64,000 bases of DNA, taken from Verrucomicrobiia bacterium (GTDB lineage Bacteria > Verrucomicrobiota > Verrucomicrobiia > Limisphaerales > UBA1319). Location of the stretch: assembly GCA_963664225.1 (NCBI GenBank), contig OY760937.1, forward strand, positions 4,480,001 through 4,544,000. The letters are read 5' to 3'. Below the pieces are notes generated by a model. That model did not search any database, was not told where the DNA came from, and was given only the letters and a program-made list of their open reading frames with translations. The translations under genes and the position numbers were made by a program. Below are positions 9,701-18,988 of this stretch, in pieces; the stretch's first letter is position 1, and every line of letters begins with the position of its first letter.

Positions 9701-10511
9701 ACTGGCCCATCATGGGAATGGCGCCGGCCTCCACATAGCTGGTTTGGCCGTTGAAACTCAGGACCGTGCCCCGCTCGGGATCGTTGGTCCACACCGCGTC
9801 ATGCAGGATGCCGCTGGCTCCACTGGCCACCCAATTGGAGGCCACATTTCCCGTGCCTTCGGCCATTGGCCAATACGCATAAAGCCCGGTGCTGGCGGCG
9901 GCGGCCTGGGTGTCGAAGCCGATGCCTGTGGGGCCATTACTCCAGCCGGTAGAGTCAAACGACGGCTGCATCCAAAGCGTGTCCAGCACTCCATTGGTGG
10001 GGACATGGTACCAGGCGGTCGCGCCACTGGCCACAAGTTGGCTGCTGGTGATCGTTCTGGCGCCGCCATAGGAGATGTTTTTGTATTGCTGGGGGTACGG
10101 ATTAAACTCCGTCGCCACGGTCACCCCATCCGGCTCGATCAGCGCCAGATAGCCGCCCTTGGCGTCCATTTGAAAACTGGTGTGAAGCGGCAACCCGGGC
10201 ACGGCCTGGTTGGTGCCGGAGGCGAACACAATCATATAGCCATTGGCGGCAATGTTCGTCGCAGGGAAGGTCCACCATTTCGCCTTGTTGGCTGAACCGG
10301 CCAGGAACCAGCCCTCCAGGTTCACCGGAGCGCTGGTGACATTGCGCAATTCAATCCAGTCCCGGTAAATGCCATTCTCGTCAACCAGTCCCGACGTATT
10401 TTTGGCCATGAACTCGCTGATGACCAGTGGCGCGCTGACGGCGGCGGCGGCCCAATTCAGGCCCGCAACAAATAGACAAAACAGCAACCACAAGGCTGAC
10501 TTTCGTAACAT
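6765..10511 (-). CDS. Secreted multidomain CotH-kinase-family protein (lamin-tail, LamG, FN3/CHB_HEX_C-like, CotH, C-terminal RFYR domain)
   Basis: Signal peptide; LVISEFMAKN...DWIELRN (lamin tail); WLHLAVV...GLLDDISLW (LamG); AIYYTTNG.EPT; FVHLYIDGLYWGLYNPSER, DWPWQNW, WDAE (CotH). Start moved to ATG 10511. Confidence 0.85.
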   Translation of the reverse strand: MLRKSALWLLFCLFVAGLNWAAAAVSAPLVISEFMAKNTSGLVDENGIYRDWIELRNVTSAPVNLEGWFLAGSANKAKWWTFPATNIAANGYMIVFASGTNQAVPGLPLHTSFQMDAKGGYLALIEPDGVTVATEFNPYPQQYKNISYGGARTITSSQLVASGATAWYHVPTNGVLDTLWMQPSFDSTGWSNGPTGIGFDTQAAAASTGLYAYWPMAEGTGNVASNWVASGASGILHDAVWTNDPERGTVLSFNGQTSYVEAGAIPMMGQSTSNFTWSFWYRQRSVPNGNCVVLGNRSGGGPDAVQFIKFTPSNFEYYRDGNVGFISHILPSDQWLHLAVVKNGAEMQYYENGVVVGNSIASSDIAQNPFYWGGDPGAPGENADGLLDDISLWTSALTADQIQRLYQGVSPAALTGVGGAVATDIGKAMRGVNSSAWLRVPFTVPEGASFTSLELSLQYDDGFAAYLNGTPVAALNAPDPLVWNSAATAEHPLALATTWEKMDVSAALGALQTGSNVLAIHGLNLSPGDSDFLILPALAGVAETSLGARYFPEPTPGAANGAGYLGVIETVQFDRARGFYDAPFTLALACATAQAAIYYTTNGVEPTVTTGTRYTGPIAITGTTCVRANAFLDGWLVPGSVTCTYLFMDQVLAQTGAGMPTAWGNDWQMDPRVVTNAAYAGRIRNDLKSLPVVSIVLNPDDFWGPAGIYTQASSRGEDYEKPCSAEMFFPDGSQPGFQINCGTHIVGSASRSMSPKHGVGLFFRAKYGSGKLKYKFFDNSDLTEFDSLAFRPNFNMSWVRTDYSGPLNNGNADGAERTHAIYVRDQFTKDSQRAMGSPSAHERFVHLYIDGLYWGLYNPSERTDASFAAAYLGGLKEDYDAIFSDPSTVPVATDGNTIAWNQMFAIARGGVTDATSYAKIQQYANVTNLADYMMLNFYCATVDWPWQNWNAARKRETNALFHFFAWDAEYTLETPPWVPADRTTVGADSSEANSPAYLYNQLRQNAEWRQLFADRAHLQLFNNGALTTNQTIPRFLSLCDSIDSAIVGESARWGDVVRTSKPYTRNAEWLTEKQRLLTDFFPQRTSLLINQLINADLYPRLAAPEFSAQGGEFTAPVQLSISSASGVTYYTTNGVDPRVVGGAIYSGAKTYQGPITIGTSQTVLARTLKSGVWSALTAATFTNTAPPSLSVQISGSSILITWPDTATGYTLEFTDSLSQPQWSAVPNVSGTQASLDTNSVARFYRLKK

Positions 10512-10658
10512 GGCATTCTCATTAGCAAATCCTGTGCCCGTTGTCATCGTGCGAATCAACGGCCCCACGGCCTATTCAGGCCATGGAGACCGCAGATCGG
10601 GATTTCCGTGCTGCCCGTGAGGGAGCTGAAAATGACTCACTAGCAGCGCCACTGGCGC

Positions 10659-11672
10659 CTACGCTCGGGCCAGCTCGCGCAAAAAGGCCGTTTCACGCTT
10701 GAGCACCGCCGCATGCTCGGCCGCTGGATAATGCCCCAAACACTCGTTTTCAAGACATAAATCCCCCTGATAATGGCCCTTCTTCAATAGAGTGAGAATG
10801 CGCCGGTAATCCAGGTCTCCGTCAGCCAGCGTGATGCTGTATTTGTCATACTCCCAGCCGATCGCCCGGGTCGTCTCGCGTTTGTCCGCGGGATACTTGA
10901 TGTTCTTGCAGTGCGTGTGAAAGCAGCGATCCGCAAATTGCCCGATGATGACATACACTTTCTCCAGCGGATGGCCGTACCAATAGAAATTGTTCGGATC
11001 CAGCGTCAGTCCCAGCCGGTCCGATCCCACCCCTGTGAACAATGCCTCCAGAAACACCGGATCATTGGTCGTATTGCCATGGTTCTCGATGCCGTAACGC
11101 ACCTCCGTGCCTTCCGCCAGCTTGCATAGACTCCGGCACGCGCTCACCGCGAAAGGCAGGAACTTGTCCCTGGCAATCGCGTGCGGCACCACATCCAGGC
11201 GGATGGCTTTGACCCCCAGCGCCTGGGCGGCGGGCAGCAGCGCCCTGGTCCACGCCAATTCCTGTTCCAGCCGCTCGTCGAAACGGTTATTCATGCAAAA
11301 CGCAGTAATCCGGATGTTTTGCGCGCTGAGTTCTTTGCGCAGCGCATCGATGCCCGCCGCGTCCGCCACCGAGTATTTCTTGCCCGGATGATAGAGCAAA
11401 TGACAGTCGAGCTTCTCGTTCACGGCCACTTCCACGCCCGTCGCCCCCAGCGCCTTAAGGGCCGACCAGCAATCCGCTTCGCCAGTCGTTTTTAAATGCG
11501 AATCCCGGCACGCGACCGTTAACACGGGCTGCGCCTCCGCCGCGCTGGCGGCTGGAACCAACGCCGGGAGAGCCCCTGCGGCGTAAAGGCAGCCACTGGC
11601 AAGCGTGGCGGTTTTGATGAAGGCACGGCGGGACAAAGCCGCACTGCGAAGTTTGGTAAGTCTTGAGTTCAT
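10659..11672 (-). CDS. Tat-exported sugar-phosphate isomerase/epimerase (xylose isomerase-like TIM barrel)
   Basis: SRRAFIK Tat motif; YGIENHG, LTLDPNN, HTHCKN, LCLENE metal motifs. Confidence 0.85.
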   Translation of the reverse strand: MNSRLTKLRSAALSRRAFIKTATLASGCLYAAGALPALVPAASAAEAQPVLTVACRDSHLKTTGEADCWSALKALGATGVEVAVNEKLDCHLLYHPGKKYSVADAAGIDALRKELSAQNIRITAFCMNNRFDERLEQELAWTRALLPAAQALGVKAIRLDVVPHAIARDKFLPFAVSACRSLCKLAEGTEVRYGIENHGNTTNDPVFLEALFTGVGSDRLGLTLDPNNFYWYGHPLEKVYVIIGQFADRCFHTHCKNIKYPADKRETTRAIGWEYDKYSITLADGDLDYRRILTLLKKGHYQGDLCLENECLGHYPAAEHAAVLKRETAFLRELARA

Positions 11673-12168
11673 GGGCCAATCATGCCGCATGAATTGGATT
11701 TTGCCAACGCACATTTGGGCAGCCCATTTTTCAGGTAGGGCAGGCAATAATGCATAGCGCAGAGAGCTGAGAGCGGAGGGCAAAGAGCTGAGGGGTGATG
11801 GTTAAGAGTTGAGCTCGGCAGACGGTGGAAGATCACATGGATGGACACGATTAACAGGATGGAAATGGATCCTGCGAATCTTGTTCATCGATGTTTGAAA
11901 TCCGGATTGGACTGCCAGAAACGTGAATCAAGCGACATGAGAAACACCCGGCATGCCAAAGCCCCAACCACCGTTTCGTTCACGCCTGCGCCTGTGCAAT
12001 ACCGAGTGCATCCTTGATCATTTGAATGCACGTCGCGCCACGTCTGGCCAGGTCGTGCGTGATTAGCCCAGGCGTGAGGTCAGCTTGATGCTGAAAACCC
12101 AAGCCAAAGAAAGAATCATGGGCGACTCCTTCTCGCCTGTAATCGGATTCAATCGCGAAACTGCGGTA

Positions 12169-15100
12169 TTATCCGCCGCGTCGGTTCTCCTCAAACATTT
12201 CGACTGGCATCGGATGCTCCAGAAGCCAAACCATCTGGATCGGTCGCTCGGATTGGTGGCTGACGTAATCGGATGGTCCGAGGTATGTGAACGGAGCCGT
12301 GACCCCATTCACTTTCTTCAGTGATCGAACGAAGAAAAGCATCGTGTAGCCGCGTTCCTTGTGGTGGACAAGATTCTGACCAGTCTCGCTTGCGAGGCTC
12401 GTTTGCGATTGGCTTTCCCAATGCAACAACTCGCGACTGATAGGGTAGTCTTGATACATTGTGCTTGGAGAGAACTCTTTCTCCGTTTTCTGAAAGGTAA
12501 CCAATGAGACGATGGTTTTTATGTTTGGGAAGTGAAGCCAGCCAACGCCCGTGACACCCGCAGTCTCAAAGGTTGCTCCACCAAGCGCTGCTTTAATTTC
12601 ATCACTCCCGTAAGTGGCATGCAGTTCCAGCGGACATGGAAACGGGAGGTCAAGAGGTTTGCTTCCAACACAGGACTCATCGGCTGACCATTCCAACACT
12701 TCTTCAAGATCGCGTAGCACTGATGGATTCCGGGCAGCCCTCTGGAAGGATTCCTCGATATTCGCAATTCCCAACTTATGGCCCGGTTGTCCCCAGAGTC
12801 GATAGTGGGTGAGAACTGCAGAGTCTCCGGCCTCTGCGAGCGCTGCTTCCGGGTTTCCTGCTCTCAGATAAGTGACGACCTTCCGTAATCGAGCGATCTC
12901 GCGTGGTCCGGAAGTCTGCGCTGCGCTGATGAGTGAGTCCTTCAAGCGACCGATATCGGGGTCGGCCGGGATTTCGGTGAGACGGGCGCTAGCTTTCCAC
13001 TGAGACCAAGTCTTTCTGGAGAGGAGCGTTTCAGGTTCGTAGTCGTGAAAACGGACAAAGTTTCCGAATGTCAGTTGCTGCTGAGCTTCACTTTCAAACG
13101 ATTCCAATCGGTCAGGAACTTGATCAGCCAGATTGCGTAGGTTCTCGCGGATATTGGCCAACACATAATCACGTGCTAACCGGTCGAGTTGAATGCTGCA
13201 ACCGGCAGGTAGGTGTGGAAATTCCATTTCCACCTCCCGCAGGATATTGAACCGCCGCTTGCTTAGCAGAGCTTTAAGCTTGCGGTCTATTCGGTATTTG
13301 CGATGCGCCTGTCCAACGAAGTCCAGGACTGTCAGGCAATCCTTCTCGGGTGAATGACGCAGACCGCGGCCTAATTGCTGAAGGAACACAGTCAGACTTT
13401 CCGTGGGCCGAAGAAACAGAACGGTATTGACCTCCGGAACGTCGAGACCCTCGTTGAGCACATCCCGAGTAAAGAGGAAGCGGATCTTGCCGGCGCGAAA
13501 ATCATTCATTAAAGCCGTTCGGTCATCCGTGAGTGTTTCGCCAACCAACACTGCGGAAGTAATCCCACGCTCATTGAACTTTTCGGCCATGAATTCCGCG
13601 TGACGTACGGATACGCAAAATCCAATGCCGCGAACTCGGTCTAAATATGGCTCGTATCGGAGCAAAGAGCTGAGGACAACATCCACGCGCTGGAGAGCGA
13701 CAGCATGTGCGCCTGTGAAAACTTTCTCCAACTCTGCAACATCGTATTTTCCACTCCGCCAGAACTGGTCTCCTGCCAATGAAACGGGATCTGCAACGCC
13801 GAAGTAGTGGAATGGGCATAGGAGCTTTTCTTCCAACGCCTCGGGCAGTCGGATTTCGGCAGCGAAATGATTGTCAAAATCTGCTGCAACACTCGCACCA
13901 TCCATACGTTCTGGAGTTGCCGTTAATCCAAGAAGAATACGTGGATTGAATTGATCAAATATCGCTCGATAACTGGCAGCGGGACCGTGATGCACCTCAT
14001 CCACAATAATGAAGTCGAAAAAATCGGCTCCGACTTGCTCCCACAAGCGCCGAGTTCCGAGCATGTCCACCGAGCAAAATAGATGGTCGAAACGCGTAGC
14101 GACGTGGGGACCGCCCAGCAGTTCACCGAAATCTGGCGTTCGAAGCACCATGCGGAACATTGCGGCTGCTTGTTCCAAAATTTCGCGTCGATGCGCTACA
14201 AACAACAACCGGGCTTGGCGTTGATTGCTCAAATAGAACCGTTTGAAGTCGAATGCCGCGACGACCGTTTTTCCAGTTCCAGTTGCCGCAACGATGAGGT
14301 TCCTCCATCGGTTATGAACGCTGCGTTCAATTGCCAAAGCGTCGAGAATACGTTCCTGAAATGGATGGGGCGTCATGTCCACCAACAACGTGGAAATGAA
14401 GCCATTCTTACGACCCTGCTGAATCGCATCCCTCAGCACCATGGGTTCATCTGGATTGAATGGAATGAACTCGCGGCTGTTCCAGTACGTTTCAAACTCC
14501 GCTTTGAATTTCTCCAGAATGTGGGGCAGATCCTGATTTGTGATTTTCAGATTCCATTCCAACCCACTGGTCATCGCCGCATGTGACATGTTGGCAGAGC
14601 CAATGTATGCAGTCGAGAAACCGCTGTTGCGTTTGAAATGATATGCCTTTGCATGGAGGCGTGTTCGTGTGGTGTCGTAGGAAATGCGAATCGATACATT
14701 TGGAAGACGGGCCAGCCATTCGATAGCTTCTGGATCCGATGCGCCCATGTAGGAAGTCGTGATGATTCGTACAGGGACACCGCGACCAGCAGCTTCCTCA
14801 AACGCTGGCATCAAAAGTCGAAGCCCGGACCATTTAATGAAGGACACGAGCAAATCCACATAGTCCGCCGAGTGCATCTCGCTACCCAATTCATGGACGA
14901 GCTGTGGGTCGGATGGCGAGCCAGTGAACAAACTGCTTTCTGTGAGAGGCGTTTCAGGCCGTGGCAAGGCTCCTTGCGCGTAATGCGGAGGAGTAATTTC
15001 AAGGAGCACAGGTTTGTCAGAGGAAACGAGACGTCTGTTTTGAAGAAAAGCCGACGACGGACTACCTGCAATTCGCTCAATAATGTCATTGCACAGCCGC

Positions 15101-15294
15101 ATCCGTGTGGCTGTATCACTTTCAAGACGCAGAGCCTTCACTAACAGCTTCGATAGAAAAGCGGCATAGCGTGCCGGTTCTTCCTCTGAGTCGAGTTTAC
15201 CAAAAACCGAACGTAACTCCGGGTGTCGATCAAGAATGGATTGTAGATCCTCGTCAAGGAGCGCTTCATAGATGCCTTGGGCAGGGATTGTCAT
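12169..15294 (-). CDS. PLD nuclease - SF2 helicase - DUF3427 protein (SauUSI-like modification-dependent restriction endonuclease)
   Basis: LHAKAYHF...AYIGSANMS (PLD); ATGTGKT, DEVHH, GLTATPER, LQQLGRGLR (SF2); FSPSTMYQDYPISRELLHWESQS (DUF3427). Confidence 0.88.
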   Translation of the reverse strand: MTIPAQGIYEALLDEDLQSILDRHPELRSVFGKLDSEEEPARYAAFLSKLLVKALRLESDTATRMRLCNDIIERIAGSPSSAFLQNRRLVSSDKPVLLEITPPHYAQGALPRPETPLTESSLFTGSPSDPQLVHELGSEMHSADYVDLLVSFIKWSGLRLLMPAFEEAAGRGVPVRIITTSYMGASDPEAIEWLARLPNVSIRISYDTTRTRLHAKAYHFKRNSGFSTAYIGSANMSHAAMTSGLEWNLKITNQDLPHILEKFKAEFETYWNSREFIPFNPDEPMVLRDAIQQGRKNGFISTLLVDMTPHPFQERILDALAIERSVHNRWRNLIVAATGTGKTVVAAFDFKRFYLSNQRQARLLFVAHRREILEQAAAMFRMVLRTPDFGELLGGPHVATRFDHLFCSVDMLGTRRLWEQVGADFFDFIIVDEVHHGPAASYRAIFDQFNPRILLGLTATPERMDGASVAADFDNHFAAEIRLPEALEEKLLCPFHYFGVADPVSLAGDQFWRSGKYDVAELEKVFTGAHAVALQRVDVVLSSLLRYEPYLDRVRGIGFCVSVRHAEFMAEKFNERGITSAVLVGETLTDDRTALMNDFRAGKIRFLFTRDVLNEGLDVPEVNTVLFLRPTESLTVFLQQLGRGLRHSPEKDCLTVLDFVGQAHRKYRIDRKLKALLSKRRFNILREVEMEFPHLPAGCSIQLDRLARDYVLANIRENLRNLADQVPDRLESFESEAQQQLTFGNFVRFHDYEPETLLSRKTWSQWKASARLTEIPADPDIGRLKDSLISAAQTSGPREIARLRKVVTYLRAGNPEAALAEAGDSAVLTHYRLWGQPGHKLGIANIEESFQRAARNPSVLRDLEEVLEWSADESCVGSKPLDLPFPCPLELHATYGSDEIKAALGGATFETAGVTGVGWLHFPNIKTIVSLVTFQKTEKEFSPSTMYQDYPISRELLHWESQSQTSLASETGQNLVHHKERGYTMLFFVRSLKKVNGVTAPFTYLGPSDYVSHQSERPIQMVWLLEHPMPVEMFEENRRGG

Positions 15295-15556
15295 CGCACT
15301 CCAATCTCAGAGTGAGGCCATGCACAGACCCGTTGTTGAACACACCACTCTGCTTCCACTGGAAGTCGAGGTTGGGTGATGGGCCTACCAATCCTGAATA
15401 AAAATCGCGCCATACCAATTATCCGAACCGATTGGATGTAATGTAAATACTTAGATGCCAAACAGATCAATAATATTTAATAACAATGTTTCGCACTTCG
15501 CCTTTTAAGTGGCCTTTTGCCCATCACCGAAACTTTTTGGCTAACACTCAGTCCGA

Positions 15557-15873
15557 TAGGGCGTGCAGTCCTCTGCGCGCCGATCTTGGGGCTCCCATTC
15601 ATTCCCGCCGCGTGGATCATCCTTGGCACCTTCCATCCGTCCGTGTCCTCAACCCGGAACGGGTTGAAATCTTTCAGCCCCGGGTCGCGAGGAACGAGCC
15701 ACCCGGGGTCATCGTGCACCCTCCATAATTTCCCCAACGCTGTAGGCGTTGCATCGAATCCTGTTACCTAAAAACTCCAATAAGTTTGCTGGTATTCATG
15801 AATGCCACGGTCTCGCACCGTCCCGCGCGGGAAATGCTATCCTCGCTTGGTAGGGTGAGGCTCTCGCCGAGCC
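15557..15873. repeat. Cluster of REP-like extragenic palindromes
   Basis: Hairpins ggcgtgcag-tcct-ctgcgcgcc (15560-15581), caacccggaacgggttg, ccccgggt...acccgggg, caacgctgtaggcgttg (15650-15751) and ggctc-tcgcc-gagcc (about 15859-15873); two follow a (G)TAGGG start. Confidence 0.55.
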
Positions 15874-16028
15874 ATCCTGGTTTCGCGCTAAATCGTTCAC
15901 GACCTATATACTCGCATGGCCGTTTAGTGGCTTTTTCCGCTCGTTGAGCATTTTTGGCTTTCGCTCTAATTGTGCCCAGGCGCACTGCGTCTCATTGACA
16001 CCGGGATCGTGATGGATAAAATCCGGGC

Positions 16029-17981
16029 ATGAAAACACCCCATCTGCTGTGCCTGGCCATCGCTGCGGCTGCCGTCAGCGCCTCGGCCACGGAATTTCAT
16101 GTCGCTCCCACAGGCAACGATGCCAGCCGGGGAACCCGGAAAGCTCCCTGGCGCACCATCCAGCACGCCGCCGATCTCGCGCAACCCGGCGATGTCATCA
16201 CCGTGCATGCGGGCGTTTATCGCGAGCGCATCAATCCACCGCGCGGCGGCACGTCCGAGCGCAAGCGCATCGTCTATCAGGCGGCCCCGGGCGAGAAGGT
16301 CGAGATCAAGGGTTCCGAAGTCGTCACGAACTGGACGAAGGTGCAGGAGGATGTCTGGAAGGTGACGCTGCCCAATTCATTTTTTGGAAACTTCAATCCC
16401 TTCAACGACCTGATCCATGGCGACTGGTTTGCGCGCCGTGACCGCGATCATCACACAGGCGCGGTCTATCTGAACGGCGAGTGGTTGATCGAATCGGCGA
16501 CGATGGACGAAGTCCTGAGGCCCCTCGGACCAATCCCGCCCTCGGTGAGCCAGGGAAACGTGGCCGCCATGCCCGATCCACGGCTCTGGTTTGCCAAGGT
16601 GGATGCGAACAACACCACCATCTGGGCGCAGTTCAAGGACGTCGATCCCAACACGCAGTTGACCGAGATCAATGTGCGTCGCACCGTTTTTTATCCCGAT
16701 CAACCCGGCCGGAATTACATCACCGTGCGCGGTTTCATCCTGCGGCAGGCCGCCACACCCTGGGCGCCGCCGACCGCCGAACAGATCGGCTTGATCGGCA
16801 CGCATTGGAGCAGGGGATGGATCATTGAGAACAACGTGGTGAGCCACTCGACGTGCTCAGGCATCTCGCTCGGCAAACACGGCGACGCACATGACAACAC
16901 CTCCGCTGACACCGCTGAGGGATACGTCAAAACCATCGAGCGCGCCCATGCCCATGCCATCGCCTGGACCCCCGTAAACATCGGCCATCACATCGTGCGC
17001 AACAACACCATCTCCCATTGCGAACAGGCCGGCATCGTCGGCAGCCTGGGGGCGATGTTCAGCACCGTCACCGGCAATGACATCTACGACATCCATTATC
17101 GGCGGCTCTTCACCGGCGCGGAAATGGCCGGCATCAAGATTCACGCGGCGATTGACACCCTCATCCAGGGTAACCATATCCATCGCACCTGCCGCGGCCT
17201 CTGGCTCGACTGGATGGCGCAGGGAACGCGCGTCACGGGCAATCTCTTCCATGACAACGCCTATGAAGACCTCTTCGTGGAAGTCAACCACGGGCCGTTC
17301 ATGGTGGATAACAACCTGTTCCTTTCCGGCACGAGCCTTACGGATATGTCCGAGGGCGGCGCCTACGTGCACAACCTGTTCACCGGCGTGATTTCGAGCA
17401 CCCAGGAGGCCGAGCGGCAAACGCCTTACCACCCCGCGCATCAGACTTCCATTGCGGGAATGAGCGACCTCAAGGGCGGCGACAATCGTTTCTATAACAA
17501 CCTTTTTGTCGGCAATGGCAACGGCCCTGGCGAAGTGGTCAAGGGTGACAAGCGCCACTACCGCGTCAATGGCTATGGACTCTGGGTCTATGACACCCGG
17601 GCCTACCCGCTCGAGACCGGCGGCAACGTCTCCCTCCATCACGCCCAGGCCTATGCCAGGGAAACCACCCCGCTCGTGCTCATGGATTACGATCCGCAGG
17701 TCAAACTGGTGGAGCAGGGCGATCAGTTTATTTTGAACCTGACCTCCTGCCCGGAGTTAAAGCAGGCCCGCACGACCGTTGTCACCACCGCATTGCTCGG
17801 CAAAGCCCGGATACCCTACCTGCCTTACGAGAGCGTGACCGGTTCCCGCTTGAAAATCAGCACCGACTACCTCGGCCGGAAACGCAGCACAACGCATCCC
17901 ACCCCCGGCCCCTTCGAGAATCCCGGAACGGAGGCGTTTGCCCCGGTGGTCTGGGGGCCACACGGAGTGGTTGCGCCGTAA
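16029..17981 (+). CDS. Secreted beta-helix glycoside hydrolase, GH120-like (beta-xylosidase), N-terminal DUF1565
   Basis: Signal peptide; PWRTIQHAADLAQPGDVITVHAGVYRE; WAPPTAEQIGLIGTHWSRGWIIEN; GAEMAGIKIHAAID; LWLDWMAQG. Confidence 0.85.
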   Translation: MKTPHLLCLAIAAAAVSASATEFHVAPTGNDASRGTRKAPWRTIQHAADLAQPGDVITVHAGVYRERINPPRGGTSERKRIVYQAAPGEKVEIKGSEVVTNWTKVQEDVWKVTLPNSFFGNFNPFNDLIHGDWFARRDRDHHTGAVYLNGEWLIESATMDEVLRPLGPIPPSVSQGNVAAMPDPRLWFAKVDANNTTIWAQFKDVDPNTQLTEINVRRTVFYPDQPGRNYITVRGFILRQAATPWAPPTAEQIGLIGTHWSRGWIIENNVVSHSTCSGISLGKHGDAHDNTSADTAEGYVKTIERAHAHAIAWTPVNIGHHIVRNNTISHCEQAGIVGSLGAMFSTVTGNDIYDIHYRRLFTGAEMAGIKIHAAIDTLIQGNHIHRTCRGLWLDWMAQGTRVTGNLFHDNAYEDLFVEVNHGPFMVDNNLFLSGTSLTDMSEGGAYVHNLFTGVISSTQEAERQTPYHPAHQTSIAGMSDLKGGDNRFYNNLFVGNGNGPGEVVKGDKRHYRVNGYGLWVYDTRAYPLETGGNVSLHHAQAYARETTPLVLMDYDPQVKLVEQGDQFILNLTSCPELKQARTTVVTTALLGKARIPYLPYESVTGSRLKISTDYLGRKRSTTHPTPGPFENPGTEAFAPVVWGPHGVVAP

Positions 17982-18291
17982 GGTCGTTTGAGAATTCCGA
18001 ATAGGTTCTGCGGTGAGGGGATGTCGTGGCCTGGACTTGCGCTAGCCGGCCCACTCCAGCCCGTGCTGTCGCATTACGGCCCTACGGGTCTTGGAATCGT
18101 TGTTCCCTTTGAATTAATCCCGGCAACTCACGCTTCAGGATATCAATGGGATCAAGGCGGATCGCATTATGCTGCCGGGGTTTCCGTGCTTTGCAAGCGC
18201 CGTGCTGAAGATTCGTGGTAAACGGTGGCGTCTCATTCATCCCTTCCAGTCGCGTGTGGAGAGATGTCGGGATGCAACAATGTTTCAGGGC

Positions 18292-18333
18292 AAAAAAAAG
18301 TCCCCCAGCCCATCGAAGTTCTGAATGGGCGGG
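18292..18333 (-). terminator. Intrinsic terminator-like hairpin with U-tract on the minus strand
   Basis: Minus strand reads ccc-gcccat-tcagaacttcg-atgggc-tggggga-c-tttttttt. Confidence 0.5.
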
Positions 18334-18539
18334 TGCGCCTTCTTGGAACCATGCATTTTCAGGGTTGGCGACCGTTCATCCTTTTGAGCAAAGTTTTTCA
18401 TTGCGGACAGGCGTTGTCGAAGGGAAAAGCGTCAGATTAAAGGATCAGAGCAATAACTCGCAAGTCGATGCTGCGAAGGGAGGAAACGTGGGAAGACCTC
18501 CGATGGTTTGACAGGCAACCCGCCAAGACCGGCTTTCAT

Positions 18540-18988
18540 TTAAAATCGCCACTTTTAACAACACGTTTGCATTGCCAATACAATAAGAAAACATAATGAC
18601 AATATATGCCATACTATTGGCACGATACGTGTAGCGCATCAGAAGGTGAAAAAAGTAGTCTGGCGCGCATGTATATAAATCGCATAAAAGCCTGCTATTA
18701 CTGGCCAATAGCAGCATCATGGCAGCATGACGAGAATGATGATACATACAAAATAAAAGTTTTAAAAAGCAATATAAAATAAAAAATTAAAAAACAAATA
18801 TGTCCCGTTTTGAAGCGTAATATTCCAACAATAAGACACTATAATGTTACAGTTACCATTAATCGGTGTCTGGCTGAAGGCTGTCTTTGCTTATGCGTGA
18901 TATTACAAAGTCTGCTTCCAGATGACTCATTTCCGGCTCCTGTGATTGAACAACCGATAACCACCCATAACTCTTCAACACCACTGTT
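18540..18988 (+). promoter_or_regulatory. AT-rich upstream region of the hydrogenase cluster
   Basis: Long A/T tracts (about 18745-18800) against GC-rich flanking genes; no credible CDS. Confidence 0.5.

Noticed and set aside
7455..10295. Long plus-strand ORFs (504 and 439 aa) opposite the CotH gene, and similar antisense ORFs elsewhere
   Set aside because: Shadow ORFs expected from high-GC codon bias; no recognisable motifs.
11757..11800. agagctgag-type short repeats
   Set aside because: Low-complexity purine-rich tract with two or three degenerate units; no structure to support a call.
15291..15400. Remnant of a gene coupled (ATGA) upstream of the restriction helicase
   Set aside because: The short reading frame has no recognisable similarity or start.
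18617..18633. Sigma-54 promoter (TGGCACGATACGTGT)
   Set aside because: The -24 element fits but the -12 position reads GT, not the near-invariant GC, and it lies ~350 bp from the start codon.
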